64,000 bases of DNA, from the NCBI RefSeq assembly GCF_036365525.1, contig NC_090415.1:11222001-11286000 (forward strand). The letters run 5' to 3'. Under the pieces are notes generated by a model. It worked only from the letters and a program-made list of their open reading frames with translations. It made no database searches and was not told the origin of the DNA. Each line of letters begins with the position of its first letter. Position 1 is the first letter of the stretch. The DNA comes from Heterodontus francisci. Lineage: Eukaryota. The translations under genes and the position numbers were made by a program. Positions 51,217-64,000 of this stretch are shown piece by piece.

Positions 51217-51970
51217 GAGATAGTTCAATAGAGAAGCAGTGGCAGACATTTAAGTGGATATTTCAGAATACTCAAAATAAGGATATCCCTACTATAAAGA
51301 AAAATTCCAAAGGGAGGAACCCCCATCCATGGTTGATTAAAGAAGTTAAGGAAGGCATCAACCTGAATGAAAAAGCATATAATTGAGCAAAGATGAGTGG
51401 CAGGTCAGATGATTGGTCATAATATATAGAATGGCAGAGAATGACTAAAAGGTTAATCAGGAAAAAAATAAATTAGAGCGTGGGTTTAAGCTAGCTAGAA
51501 ATCTAAAAACGGATAGCAAGAGTTTCCACAGGTATTAGAAAAGGAAAAGTGCAAGTAAATTGAGTGTTGGTCCTCTAGAGAATGAAAATTAGGAGTTAAA
51601 GGTTGAGAATAAGGAAATGACAGAAGAAATGTACATTAAAAAATGCTTCTATCTTCACTGTTGCATATACAAAAAACATTCCCATCATAGCTGTAAATCA
51701 GGAGGTGGATGGAAGAGAGGAACTTGTTGAAATTACAATCACCAGGGAAGTGGTACTGAGTAAAGTGATGGAGCAACGGGCTGACAAGTCCACAGATCCC
51801 GATGGGCTTCATCCTTGGAGTTTCAAAATGGTGGCTACGGAAGTAATAGATTTGGTGGTGTTAATTTTTCAAAATTAGCAAGATTCTGGAAAGGTTGCTT
51901 CAGACTGGAAAGTAGAAAATATAACCCCTCTATTCGAGAAGGTATGGAGGCAGAGAAAGGGTAACTATAG

Positions 51971-52079
51971 TAATATAAAAGCAAAATACTGCAGATGCTG
52001 GAAATTTGAAACAAAAACAAGAAATGCTGGAAATACTCAGGTCTGGCAGCATCTGTGGAGAGAGATGCAGAGTTAACAT
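51971..52079 (-). mobile_element. Short Penelope-derived insertion
   Basis: Same family as 4223-4358; TSD taactatag 51962-51970 / 52080-52088. Confidence 0.8.
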
Positions 52080-53029
52080 TAACTATAGACCAGTTAGTTT
52101 GACACCTGTCATGAGGAAGGTGGTAGAATTGATCAATGAGGAGGCTATAGCTGGGCATTTTGAGAAACATAAGGTCATCAGGAATAGTCAGCATGGTTTT
52201 GTGAAGGGGAAATCATGTTTAACCTATTTATTGAAGTTCCTTGAAGGACTAACATGCACTGTGGATAAAGGGGAACCCGGTTGACATACAGTACTTGGAT
52301 TTCCAGAAGGCATTTGACAAGTTGCCACATAAAAGGTGATTGTGCAAAGTAGGAGCTCATGGGTAACATATTGGCATGGATAGAAGATTGACTGGCTGGC
52401 AGAACACACAGAATGCAGAAATGGGTCCTTTTCTGATTGGCAGGATGTGACGAGTGCTGGGGCCTCAACTTTTTACAATTTATATCAATGACGTAGATGA
52501 GGGGAGTGATGACATGGCAGCTAAATTTGCAGATGAAACAAAGATAGGTAGGAATGTATGTAGTGAGGAGGACATAAGGAAGTTGAAGACTGATATAGAT
52601 AGGTTGAGTGAGTGGGCAGAAATCTGGCAGATGATGTACAATGTGAGAAAATGGGAAGTTGTTCACTTTGTCAGGAATATTAAAAAATATTTCAGTGCTG
52701 AGCGACTGCAGAATTCTGGAGAGGGATCTAGGTGTTCTAGTGCATGAGTCAAAAAAGTTAGTTTGCAGTTACAGCAAGACAGAAGGAAGGCAAATGGAAT
52801 GCTATCCAGTATTACGAGAGGAATTGAAAATGAAAATAATCACGTTATACTTCAGTTATACAGGGCATTGGTGAGACCACATCTAGAATACTGTGTGCAG
52901 TTTTGGTCTCCTTATTTAATAAAGGAAGTAAATGTGTTGGAGACGGTTCATAAGATGTTTACTTCAGAGAAGTGAGTGTGACAGCTAACCAGAATAAAAA
53001 GACACAAACTCAAATACCAGAGAATGAGA

Positions 53030-53622
53030 ATATAAGAGCAGGGAGGTTATGAGGGAGCTGAATAAAATGCTAGTTAGGCCACAGCTGGAGTACTGTGTAC
53101 AGTTCTGGTCAACTCACCAAAGGAAGGACGTGATTGCAATGGAGAGCGTGCAGAGGAGATTCACCAGGATGTTTCCTGGGCTGTGGCATTTCAGTTATGA
53201 AGAGAGACTGGATAGGCTAGGGTTGTTTTCCTTGGAGCAGAGAAGGCTGAGGGGGGAACTGATTGAGGTATACAAAATTACACGGGACATCGATAGTACA
53301 GATAGGAAGAAAACGTTCCCTCAGTGGAGGGATCAACAACCAGGGGAGATAGATTTAAGTAATGGGCAGCAGGTTTAGAGGGGACTTGAGGAGAAAATAC
53401 TTCACGCAGAGTGTGGTTGGAATCTGGAACACACTACCTGAAGGGCTGGTAGAGGCAGGACCCCTCATAGCATTTGAGAAGGATTTCGATGAACACGTGA
53501 AACGTCATAGCATACAAGACTATGGGCCAAGTGCTGGAAAATGTGATTCGAATAGATTCATGCTTGATGGGAGGCAGAGACACAATGGGCCAAAGGGCCT
53601 GTTTCTGTGCTGTATAACTCTA
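53030..53622 (+). mobile_element. CR1 3' fragment
   Basis: [20 protein letters not shown], tail. Confidence 0.85.
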
Positions 53623-53624
53623 TG

Positions 53625-54580
53625 ACAAATGTAAAGGAAAGCCAACATTCAGATAGCAGAAATTCACAGATCCAAAGCAAATCCACCATACAGTTCAGCA
53701 GAAAGTGACAGGACAGAAAAAACACACTCACATACCAGAAATTGGCATACAGAATAAAATTCACACGCCCGTATCAGAAACTAACTTGTACAGATGTAAA
53801 TCCACAATCATACAGCAGAGAGTGAGATGTACGTCTAAACCCAACTTCTGACACTTGAGGCTAACGTACACAGAGTGAAAACACTGTTCATTTCTCGTAC
53901 CAGAAACGGCCAGATGTAGATCACAACCCACACTCACATATTAGAACTGGCAAGTACCTTGTAAAATATCTCTTAATGAACCACTGACAGGGAGACGATA
54001 CAGTCCACATTCGTTCATCAGAAACTTACAGATACAGATAATAAACAGTACTTACATATAACAGATTGAAAGAAACAGGTTAAAACCCACCCTCATATGC
54101 AGACATCTGATGGGTACAGAACACAGGTGAGGCCTCCAAACCAGAGACTGACATGTCGAGTGAAAACAACGCTGGCATGTCATCAATTAACATGTGCTGT
54201 GTAAAGCTACACAAAAATGTCACTTACTAACAGATACAGAGACAAAATCAAACAACCTTTCATACCAGAAACTGACAGGTGCAGATTAAAATCCAAATTC
54301 ACAATTCAGAAATTGACAGATAAAGAGAAATGCCCAGACTCCAAAAGCAGATATTAACAGATACATAACAAAACCCACACTCACTCAGTAGAAGTACATA
54401 GGTACAGAACAAAACCCATAATCACCCATTTAGAAACTGAATGTTACAGAGAAAAAAAAACAGAATCACCGATTGAAGATTGAAATTATTGAATGAAATC
54501 AGTTTGACAGACGTAGAGTAAAAGCCACAGGTAAATATCACATACTGAGAGGCATAGAATGAATCCCACACTCACGTGTC
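53625..54580 (+). repeat. Degenerate 40-bp array
   Basis: cataccagaaactgacaggtgcagattaaaa at ~54261 and surrounding units. Confidence 0.75.
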
Positions 54581-54856
54581 CTGCAGGGAAGGACGAACAT
54601 TTCACGACTCAGAATGTCCATGCACCTCCTCCTGCCATATTCCGCATATGTGACCAAATAGATTCTTTTGTTAACACCTCAAAACGTCATCCCTGCCAGT
54701 GTTATCATATTATATTTGATCAGTTCTTTCCGCTCCACAACCCTCCATATTTTTTCAGGCCTATCTTTCCTGAATATTTGTTGCCAGTAATAATAAGTTC
54801 CCTTGTCTCACCAAGTTCAACCAGAATTATGTAATTGCCACTATATAAATCTTTCA

Positions 54857-55915
54857 TAATAAAAACAAGAAATGCTGGATATACTGAGCTGGTTTGGCAG
54901 CATCTGTGGAGAGAGTAGCAGAGTTAACATTTCACGTCAGTGACCCTTCTTCAGAACTGGTAAATATTAGAAATGTGAAAGGTTTTAAGCAAGTAAAGCG
55001 GGGGTGGGGCACGAGATAACAAAGGAGAAGGTGTAGAAAGGACAACATCACAGAATATCTGACCAGAAGGTCATGGAGCAAAGGCAAACATTATGTTAAT
55101 GGTGTGTTGAAAGACAAAGCATTAGTACAGATAGGGTGTTAATGGATGAAATTTGAATAGGCACAAGTACCAACACGGAAAAAAAAGTGGGTAAGCAAAC
55201 TGTACCAACTAAGATGATATAAAATAAAATAAACAGAAAAATAAATATAAATAAGAAAGAATAACTAAAAATAAAAGTAAAATGGGGGGCCCGCCATGCT
55301 CTGAAATTATTGAACTCAATGTTCAGTCTGGCAGGCTGCATTGTGCCTAATCAGTAAATGAGATGCTGTTCCTCGAGCTTGCGTTGATGTTCCCTGGAAC
55401 ACTACAGCAATCCCAGGACAGAGATATGAGCATGAGAGCAGGGGGGAGTGTTGAAATGACAAGCAACCGGAAGCTCGGGGTCATGCGTTCAGACTGAGCA
55501 GAAGTGTTGTGCATAGTGGTCACCCAGTATATGTTTGGTCTCCTCAATGCAGCGGAGACCACTTTGTGAGCAGCGAATGCAGTATACTAAATTGAAAGAA
55601 GTACAAGTAAATCGTTGCTTCACTCGAAAGGAGTGTTTGGGGCCTGGGATTGTGAGGCGAGAGGAGGTAAAGGGGCAGGCATTACACCTCCTGTGATTGC
55701 AGCGGAAGGTGCCGTGGGAAGGGGACAAGGTGGTGGGGGTAATGGAGGAGTGGACGAGGGTGTCGCGGAGGGAACGATCCCTTCGGAATGCTGACAGGGG
55801 AAGGGAGGGGAAGATGTATTTGGTAGTGGCATCACGCTGGAGGTGGCAGAAATGGCGGAGGATGATTCTTTGGATGTGGAGGCTGATGGGGTGGAAAGTG
55901 AGGACAAGGGTATCC
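54857..55915 (-). mobile_element. Penelope-like retroelement 3' part (GIY-YIG endonuclease, terminal repeat with hammerhead)
   Basis: LVLTFHP...AFRRDRSLRDTLV...C..RCNACP...FTCTSFNLVYCIRC...CIEETK: Cys motif plus degenerate GIY-YIG. Confidence 0.85.
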
Positions 55916-56319
55916 TCGGTTGAGGAAAAAGGAAGACATATCAGAAGCGCTGTCATCTCAATCTTTCATGTGGTTACTTGTGACTGCAGCTGACCAAACT
56001 TATTTGGCACGCTACATGGAGATAAGGACTTGCACTTCAATGCTCGCATTTGCCCCACTCTGACCCTCACTAAACTGGACGATTCGGTCCTGTTGATGGA
56101 CGGAAGTGCAGAGGGGCGCTACATCCTGATAAGGAAGGGAATTATGGAGAAATTATACGTAGAGTTAAAAAAGAGACGAGTTCGTACTAGCAAAATAGAA
56201 ATGGTTGATGAGGAAGAGGGACTCAGCAAGTCACTGATGTAGATGGATAAGGGCCGGCAAAGGGGTTTGGATGATCTGACTGCTGCGACAGTTTGTGGCT
56301 GTGAGAAGCACAAAATGTG

Positions 56320-56450
56320 ATTGGTTACTTTAGATACCCAATCAGAGAGATACAGAACATCAGGCAGTGATATCATTGTAAACCAGCCAATCATGAACAT
56401 GGCCTTCTCCCATTCCTCATTAGCATAGGGGTCTGGGGATGTCTACAAAA
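56320..56450 (+). promoter_or_regulatory. H2B promoter: CCAAT boxes, octamer variant
   Basis: ATTGG ~56320, CCAAT ~56338 and ~56387, CTCATTAGCATA 56416-56427, TACAAAA ~56444. Confidence 0.7.
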
Positions 56451-56503
56451 TGCGAGCTTGGAGCGAAATTTCGGTTATTCTGTGTCTGAAATTGATCGTG
56501 ATC

Positions 56504-56884
56504 ATGGTTGACGAGAAGAAAACTGCAGCAGCTTCCAAGAAGGGCGCCAAGAAAGTTCTGAAGAAGGCGCCAGCAAAGGGCACCAAGAAACGGAGAAAAT
56601 CCAGGAAAGAAAGTTACTCCATCTACGTGTACAAAGTGATGAAGCAGGTTCACCCTGACACCGGCATCTCCTCCAAGGCCATGAGCATCATGAATTCGTT
56701 TGTGAATGATATTTTCGAGCGAATCGCGGTTGAGGCTTCCCGCCTGGCCCATTACAACAAACGCAGCACCATCAGCTCCCGGGAGATCCAGACCGCCGTG
56801 CGCCTGCTGCTGCCCGGGGAGCTGGCCAAACACGCCGTGTCGGAAGGTACAAAGGCGGTCACCAAGTACACCAGCTCCAAGTAA
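56504..56884 (+). CDS. H2B: Histone H2B, divergent N-tail
   Basis: 126 aa MVDEKK...[12 protein letters not shown]...TKYTSSK. Confidence 0.98.
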   Translation: MVDEKKTAAASKKGAKKVLKKAPAKGTKKRRKSRKESYSIYVYKVMKQVHPDTGISSKAMSIMNSFVNDIFERIAVEASRLAHYNKRSTISSREIQTAVRLLLPGELAKHAVSEGTKAVTKYTSSK

Positions 56885-56923
56885 ATATCCGCAATGTATT
56901 GAAACACACCCAAAACACAAAAA

Positions 56924-56965
56924 GGCTCTTTTAAGAGCCACCCACAACTTCTCTGAAAAAGCTAC
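56924..56965 (+). terminator. Histone stem-loop plus HDE (H2B)
   Basis: GGCTCTTTTAAGAGCC-ACCCA, GAAAAAGCT. Confidence 0.95.
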
Positions 56966-57656
56966 AACATTGTCTGTATAGTGTCGACTTATATTGATTT
57001 ATATATCAAGTGTCCTTGCCTTTGTGATCTCTGTTTTACTCCCATAGATTCTGGTTAATGCAGTTTCACTGCCCGTGCGATCTTTCTGTCTCTAACTAAT
57101 AATGTTCCGTACATAAATTACTGGCCACTGACCATTTGTGAGGTTTGTTCTCGGACGTGTTCATATTCGGCCCCTTTTCTGTATTTCGACAATAAAAGCT
57201 GATTTAACGCACATACATCAGTTCGCAGTCACTTATTTCCCGAGTTCAAATTTGACCTCAAAAATTAATAATTACATTATCTGGAACCCCGGGTGGTGTC
57301 GGAACCCTCCGTCTCACACGCTGACACCTGACACTGAAAATCTACACTCCGCTGTTGTCTCCCACGAATAACAAACAATCGTTCATCAGTGATGCGGTAT
57401 TATTATGAAAATTGACATGAAATGTGCCCGGTTGGAGAATGTTGTGAAAGAGACTTTCTGCTCGCTGGTTTCAAAAAGGACAGAGAGTAAACCCGAATAG
57501 ATGTCAGAATGTAAAAGCCAATCTGGAACTTGTTACCAAATGTAGAATAACACAATATGAAAAAGGTTTTATTTATTTAACCGTAAAAAAAGAACTATAA
57601 ATGTGATATTCTGTATTGAAGCCGCCCCAATATATTGGCGGGCTTTTCAAATTTGA

Positions 57657-58271
<615 letters not shown>

Positions 58272-58301
58272 AGTGGTCTGACTTGAATCTGTGAACCCAA
58301 A

Positions 58302-58342
58302 GGCTCTTTTCAGAGCCACCCACTTTATCTGTGAAAGGGCTG
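58302..58342 (+). terminator. Histone stem-loop plus HDE (H2A)
   Basis: GGCTCTTTTCAGAGCC 58302-58317. Confidence 0.95.
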
Positions 58343-58689
58343 GTTACTGTCTGAGAGACGGTAATTTTATACTGTTCGCGTTATTTTGTGATGGTACGAA
58401 TTGTACTGGAGTCAAGCATTTATCTGCTTATCAGATGGAATGCATTTTAATTTTCTCGCCATATTTGTAAGGCTTTTTTACAATTCTACCGTTTATATAC
58501 AACTAAGGCGTGTCTTGAGTTCTAAAATGAGCTACTCTGATAAAATGTCTTGTATACAATGGTGTCACTGCTCTCACACAGAACTGCAAGGTCCTGAAAT
58601 TCCCAGCTACAATATGGAGACAATGAAATCTGCGTCACTGCTTCGAGAGTTATCAGTGGACAGTAAAGAGGGTGGTCAAATCCTTCTGA

Positions 58690-58808
58690 GACGTTTATGT
58701 GCTGGAATCAACAAGAGATAACAGCTCTATCTTTTGCCAATTTGATGTCTGTTTGAAGAGCCGTTGTGTTATCTGATGCCAAACTCAGTTCCGGGCAGGG
58801 TCAGTTTA
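58690..58808 (-). pseudogene. Orphan H3 3' UTR including the TAA stop
   Basis: Matches 27846-27965. Confidence 0.8.
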
Positions 58809-58841
58809 TTTTTCAGGGCAGTTGTTTCAAAGAAGCTGAAG

Positions 58842-59045
58842 GCGGATTTTAAAAGAGATGTTGCGTTTCGTCTTTTATTTCTGTACATTGTGGAGATTTA
58901 CAAGGAACTGGTAAACTTCGTCAGTCTTTTTGTCCCTGCCAAGGCGGCGTGCTTGGAGAACTCCCCGGGCAGCAGCAGACCCATTGCGGTCGATATGTGT
59001 GTACACAAATCACAAGATCCAAATGATTGTAGACTGATGCCATCT
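58842..59045 (-). pseudogene. Histone H2B pseudogene fragment
   Basis: TAMGLLLPGEFSKHAALAGTKRLTKFTSSL*. Confidence 0.85.
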
Positions 59046-59467
59046 ACTGGCTAAAAGTGAGTCATGCAAGAATATTTTCATTCCTTCAGAAATATCTGAA
59101 ATTGGAGAGGAATAACATCGAGTGTGTTGGGGGCAGATTCAATCGAGACCCTGAAAACTGAATTGGATAATTATATCAAGAATAAAACAAAACTGCAGAG
59201 CAATGGAGAAAAGGCGGGTCGGTGGGACGAGGTGAGCTGGTCTTGCGGAGAGCCGGCCGCGACACGACGGGCCGAATGACCAACTTAATAGAAATATCGA
59301 AAGATAGGAACAGGAGCATTCGGCGCTTCCACCCTGCACCGCCAGGCAATACGATCATGGCTGATCATCCAAACTCAGTACCCTGTTCTCGCTTTGTCCG
59401 CGTCTTCCTTGATCCCTTTTGAAATAAGCGGCGATCATTTTAGAACTAAAGACACGCTTTAGTAGTA

Positions 59468-59800
59468 CATAGAGTCAGAGAGAGATCCAGCACTGAAACA
59501 GGTCCTTCGGCCCACCGAGTGTGTACCGATCATCAACCACCCATTAATACTCTTCCTATATTAATCCCATATTGCCTACAACATTCCCTCAATTCTTCCC
59601 TCAATTCTCTTACCTGCACTGGGGGCAATTTACAATGGCCAATTTACCTATCAACCTGCAAGTGTTTGGCTGTGGGAGCAAACCGGAGCACCTGGCGGAA
59701 ACTCACGTCACAGGGAGAACTTGCAAACTCCGCACAGGCAGTACCCAGAACTGAACCCTGGTCGTTGGGGCTGTGAGTTTGCGGTGTTCATCACTGTGTG
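59468..59800 (-). mobile_element. V-SINE (paralogue of 2345-2685)
   Basis: V-domain and CR1-like tail. Confidence 0.8.
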
Positions 59801-60276
59801 GCCCTAAAAGGTAGTACTGTAAAAAAAAGCCTTACAAATATCAGAGGAAATTAAAATGCATTTCATCTGATGAGCATCTAAATGCCCGAATCCAGTAGTA
59901 CAAACTCTTTTATGAATTTATTTAATAATTTGGCCTCAACTCTTTTCTGTGGTAGAGAATTCCACAGGTTCACCACTCCTTGGGTGAAGAAATCCCTCCT
60001 CATCTCAGTCCTAAATGTCTTACCCCTTATCTTTAGACAGTCACCCCTGGTCCTGGACTCCCCCACCATCAGGAACATCCTTCCTACATCTAGTCTGTCC
60101 AGTCCTGTTAGAATTTTGTCGGTTTCTAGGAGATGATGTCACCATTCCATGATTCTATCCTCCAATGGGAACATGAACGTGGTGTTAAGGTGTAGATTGA
60201 AATGGTTGAAATGACATTTGAGTTCCAATGAGCTCTGGTGTGTATACTGTATAAATGACGAGCTACATGTATGCCA

Positions 60277-60348
60277 GCGATGCTGGTATAGTGGTGAGTA
60301 TATCTGCCTTCCAAACAATTGACCCAGATTAGGTTCCCGGTCATCGCA
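60277..60348 (+). pseudogene. tRNA-Gly(TCC) pseudogene, full length
   Basis: 72 nt; acceptor GCGATG/CATCGC-A, anticodon loop CTTCCAA. B box mutated (ATTAGGT instead of GTTCGAT). Confidence 0.8.
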
Positions 60349-61649
60349 ATGCCCACTCGCAGTCAAATATATTTCTGCAACCTTGCCAAAGAATGTGACA
60401 AATGAAAAGCCATGACTATATTGAAGTCGACAAATATTCTCAACATCCATGTTCTTCTCCCTTAAAGTTGATGGTCAAGTGTGCTGTGGAATTTTGCAGT
60501 TTAAAAATGTCAATGCAAATTCAGAAAGAAAGCTTCCAAAATATTCTCAACATCCAATCAGATTCACTTCCTTGCTTGATCAGCTTCGCCCTGCAGCAAG
60601 TTTGTTTCCTTCAAGTGCTTATCCAGTTTCTTATTGAAATCATTGATTCTCTCTCCTTCCACCACACTTGTGGACAGCGAGGTCCAGCAGGTAAAACAGA
60701 AAAAGTTCTTCCTCACATTCCCTTCCATCTCCTGCCATAAACCATCAGTCTGTGTCTCCTAGTCCTTGTACCATCAGCTAATGGGAACAGGTTATCCTTG
60801 TCTAGCTTATGTACACCTCTGTCAAACCTCCTCTCAATCTCCATTTCTCTAAGGAGAACAACCCCTTACTTACAGAACACAATCCAGAGTCATCTATCCA
60901 AGCTTTTCAGGTGCAAAAGAATAGTTGTGTATTAAGTAGTATAGATAGGAGCATAAAACTAAGAGACTTTGATAGATCAACTGATTGTCTCTGTCCAATT
61001 CACTGGATTTTCTGTATCACCTGAACACTGCTATACTCTGTGTAAAGGTTAGAGCATTTCCATGGCTTACATTTATGCAAGAACTGCTATGTCAAGGCTG
61101 GATGGCAAAGCAGTGAAGGTCATCTTCACAGGAATATGTCAAAATATCTTGTTGTGAGATGTGTCTGTGTGGATGATGCACTCAGCCACGACAAAAAGAA
61201 AACGTGCAGCAGGAGGGTCCCACAATGTGGGGGTGATGGACCGCGACATATTTTGCGTTTGTGAATAATAAGGACAGCTAAAATAATAGGATTAATTGTA
61301 TGCTATGTACATCAATATATTACAGTCTGTTTGAGCTAATGCTTGTTTCATTATGAAATGACATTACAAGGCTATAGTCCGTTAAAACCTCTATGGAAGA
61401 ACAATGGGAGAGATGGGTTGAAGACCACAGCACCCTGACAGGGGGTGAGATGAGATCAATGAGAAACTGCAGAATTGCAAAAAAATGGCTTCCTTCAGCA
61501 AGAATGTGACCTTTAGTATCCTTGCTAAAATAGAAAGAGAAAGCATCTGTAATGTGTGTAGATTGAACCATTAACTTACTGGGATCAAACAATGATGTCA
61601 ACATGGTCCAATTAGAATACTTCCAAAAATTCAAAGCTAAACAAAGCAC

Positions 61650-62836
61650 ATTGATGAAGGAAGAGCAGTGGATGTGGTGTATATGGATTTTAGCAAGGCG
61701 TTTGATAAGGTTCCCCAAGGTAGGCTCATTCAGAAAGTAAGGAGGCATGGGATTCAGGGAAAGTTGGCTGTCTGGATACAAAATTGGCTGGCCCATAGAT
61801 GTCAGAGGGTGGTAGTAGATGGAAAGTATTCAGCCTGGAGCTCGGTGACCAGTGGTGTTCCACAAGGATCTGTTCTGGGACCTCAGCTCTTTGTGATTTT
61901 TTATAAATGACTTGGATGAGGAAGTGGAAGGATGGGTTAGCAAGTTTGCCGATGACACGAAGATTGCTGGAGTTGTGGATAGTGTGGAAGGCTGTTGTCG
62001 GTTGCAACGGGACATTGACAGGATGCAGAGCTGGGCTGAGAAGTGGCAGATGGTGTTCAACCTGGAAACGTGTGAAGTGATTCATTTTGGAAGGTCGAAT
62101 TTGAATGCAGAATACAGGCTTAAAGACAGGATTCTTGGTAGTGTGGAGGAACAGAGGGATCTTGGGGTCCATGTCCATAGATCGCTCAAAGTTGCCACCC
62201 AAGTTGATAGGGTTGTTAAGAAGGCGTATGGTGTGTTGGCTTTCATTAACAGGGGGATTGAGTTTAAGAGCGGCGAGGTTATGCTGCAGCTCTATAAAGC
62301 CCTGGTTAGACCACACTTGGAATATTGTGTTCAGTTCTGGTAGCCTCATTATAGGAAGGATGTGGAAGCTTTAGAGAGGGTGAAGAGGAGATTTACCAGG
62401 ATGCTGCCTGGACTGGAGGGCATGTCTTACGAAGATAGATTGAGGGAGCTAGGGCTTTTCTCATTGGAGCAAAGAAGGATGAGAGGTGACTTGATAGAGG
62501 GGTACAAGATGATGAGAGGCATAGATAGAGTGCATAGCAGGAGACTTTTTCCCAGGGTGGAAAGGGCTATCACCAGGGGGCATAATTTTAAGGTGATTGG
62601 AGGAAGGTTTCGGGGAGATGTCAGAGGTAGGTTCTTTCAACAGAGAGTGGTGGGTGCGTGGAATGCGCTGCCAGCGGTGGTGGTAGAAGCAGATACATTA
62701 GGGGCATTTAAGTGACTCTTGGAGAGGTACATGGATGATAGTAGAAAGAAGTGTCGGTAGTTAGTTTGATCTGAGAGTAGGTTAAAGGTTCGGCACAACA
62801 TCGTGGGCCGAAGGGCCTGTACTGTTCTATGTTCCA
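61650..62836 (+). mobile_element. 5'-truncated CR1 LINE
   Basis: YMDFSKAFDKVP, GVPQGSVLGP, FADD, tail tgttctatgttc. Confidence 0.92.
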
Positions 62837-64000
62837 ATATGGTAACATCCTTGCACGCCAGGAGGAATCAAAGAAAGGGTGTTCGGGGACATTGTCGGCA
62901 CTGAGAGAGGGGTCCACGGAACATCGTTATCACACTCAGAAGGAGAAGATAGACTAGGGTCAACAAAACACAGCAAGGGAAGCAGAAAGAGAAAAGCTCG
63001 TGCCCCAGTAAGCACAGAAGCAAGAACCGGTGCTGAGTGATGCTGCAAACCTATTGCTGTTGTTAAACATTCACTTTATCTATCTTAGTTAAGCTTAATA
63101 AACTCTCAGACTTGATCACAGAACTTGAGTTTGTACCTTGTAGGTCTATTTTGGCCAATAATCACAGGACATTTTCTGTCCCCACTTGCCCTCTCTATTC
63201 TATCTCCCTCCTCTCGCTCTCCTCCCTCTGCAGTTTATTATTATTGATGATGGTCATATTGACCTATTTATTCTCCTCCATCTCAGACAGTCCCCTGCGA
63301 TTATGGATGACTTTTTACACTCCAGTTTGATGGGTTCTGAAATAGCTGATAATTCCAATGCATGATCTGCAGACTCTGCCACATGAGGGTGAGGTGGTGT
63401 TAGAAGGGTTCAGGTAAATGACCCGTTTGGAGGTATGGATGCTGCCTTCGAGCCTCGACTTCACATGTTACCGACAAATTTACCTGAACTGTAAACTATC
63501 TTCCCAAATGAGAGATGATTTGAGGACATATCTAAATTGTTTCCACACTCAGACAGGGGTTCTCCTGCTCCGACCAATTTCTGAGCAAAACAGCTGCTTC
63601 CAGATTTTGCATTTCCCGGTTCTTGGAGGCACCTGTTCAGACTAAGTGACAGACTAATACTGATGGTCTGAACACACATAGGTAACAGAAACGACACCAG
63701 TTCCCCTCCCTGAGTACCTGTCACTGCTTCTATCCTGTGTGTGTAGGATTCACCCTGAGTCCCTCGATCCAGCTTTACCTGCTCTATCTGCAAAAGTGCT
63801 GAACCTTTCAGTTTTTGGTCTGCTCAAGCCGAGTTCAAGGCCTGAGTAGTGAACAGAATGTCTCATTAATTCTTTGACTAAGACTATGATTGAACAGCAG
63901 GTTATGATCGACTCGGCCAAAGATTGGAAAAATTCCTGTCCATCAATATTTCAACAGGGACTGCGAGGATCTCCTGGTTCAGAGTGTTTAAGGGATACAG

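Larger units (their letters stand above)
47878..52960 (+). mobile_element. Old CR1 LINE, host of nested insertions
   Basis: Paralogous to 9750-12370; resumes at 51217 after the younger insertion. Confidence 0.85.

Noticed and set aside
55994-56310. Short protein-like ORF upstream of H2B containing MVDEE, and a CTCF-like GAGGGGCGCT
   Set aside because: No recognisable domain, internal stop, and only a partial motif match.
60277-60348. Functional tRNA-Gly
   Set aside because: T-loop/B box destroyed and stem mismatches present.
61025-61510. Possible retroviral gag-like phrases
   Set aside because: No zinc knuckle, major homology region, LTR or PBS; too weak to call.

Overview
Vertebrate genomic DNA, most likely a cartilaginous fish (inferred from HE1-type V-SINEs, abundant CR1/HER1-like LINEs and Penelope-type elements). 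The window is part of a repeat-rich, replication-dependent histone gene cluster with seven intact intronless stem-loop genes: H2A x3, H3.2, an H4 starting Thr1, a divergent H1 and an H2B with a divergent tail. It also holds three H2B pseudogene relics, two orphan H3 3' ends and five tRNA pseudogenes. The region is built from nested segmental duplications (1-3.2 kb recurs at 57.1-60.3 kb; 4.0-8.2 at 12.8-18.7 kb; 38.2-44.7 at 44.7-51.6 kb). The most notable unexplained signals are: (i) a repeated module of NRF1-motif promoter, phase-compatible exon-like segments and a 40-bp degenerate tandem array, possibly an unannotated gene family; (ii) minimal hammerhead-ribozyme motifs in Penelope-derived short elements, some with TSDs; (iii) a TSD-flanked composite RTE retrocopy with cargo and a 5' inversion; (iv) an H1 mixing canonical and H1.0-like features. 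Repeat boundaries are approximate, read by eye.
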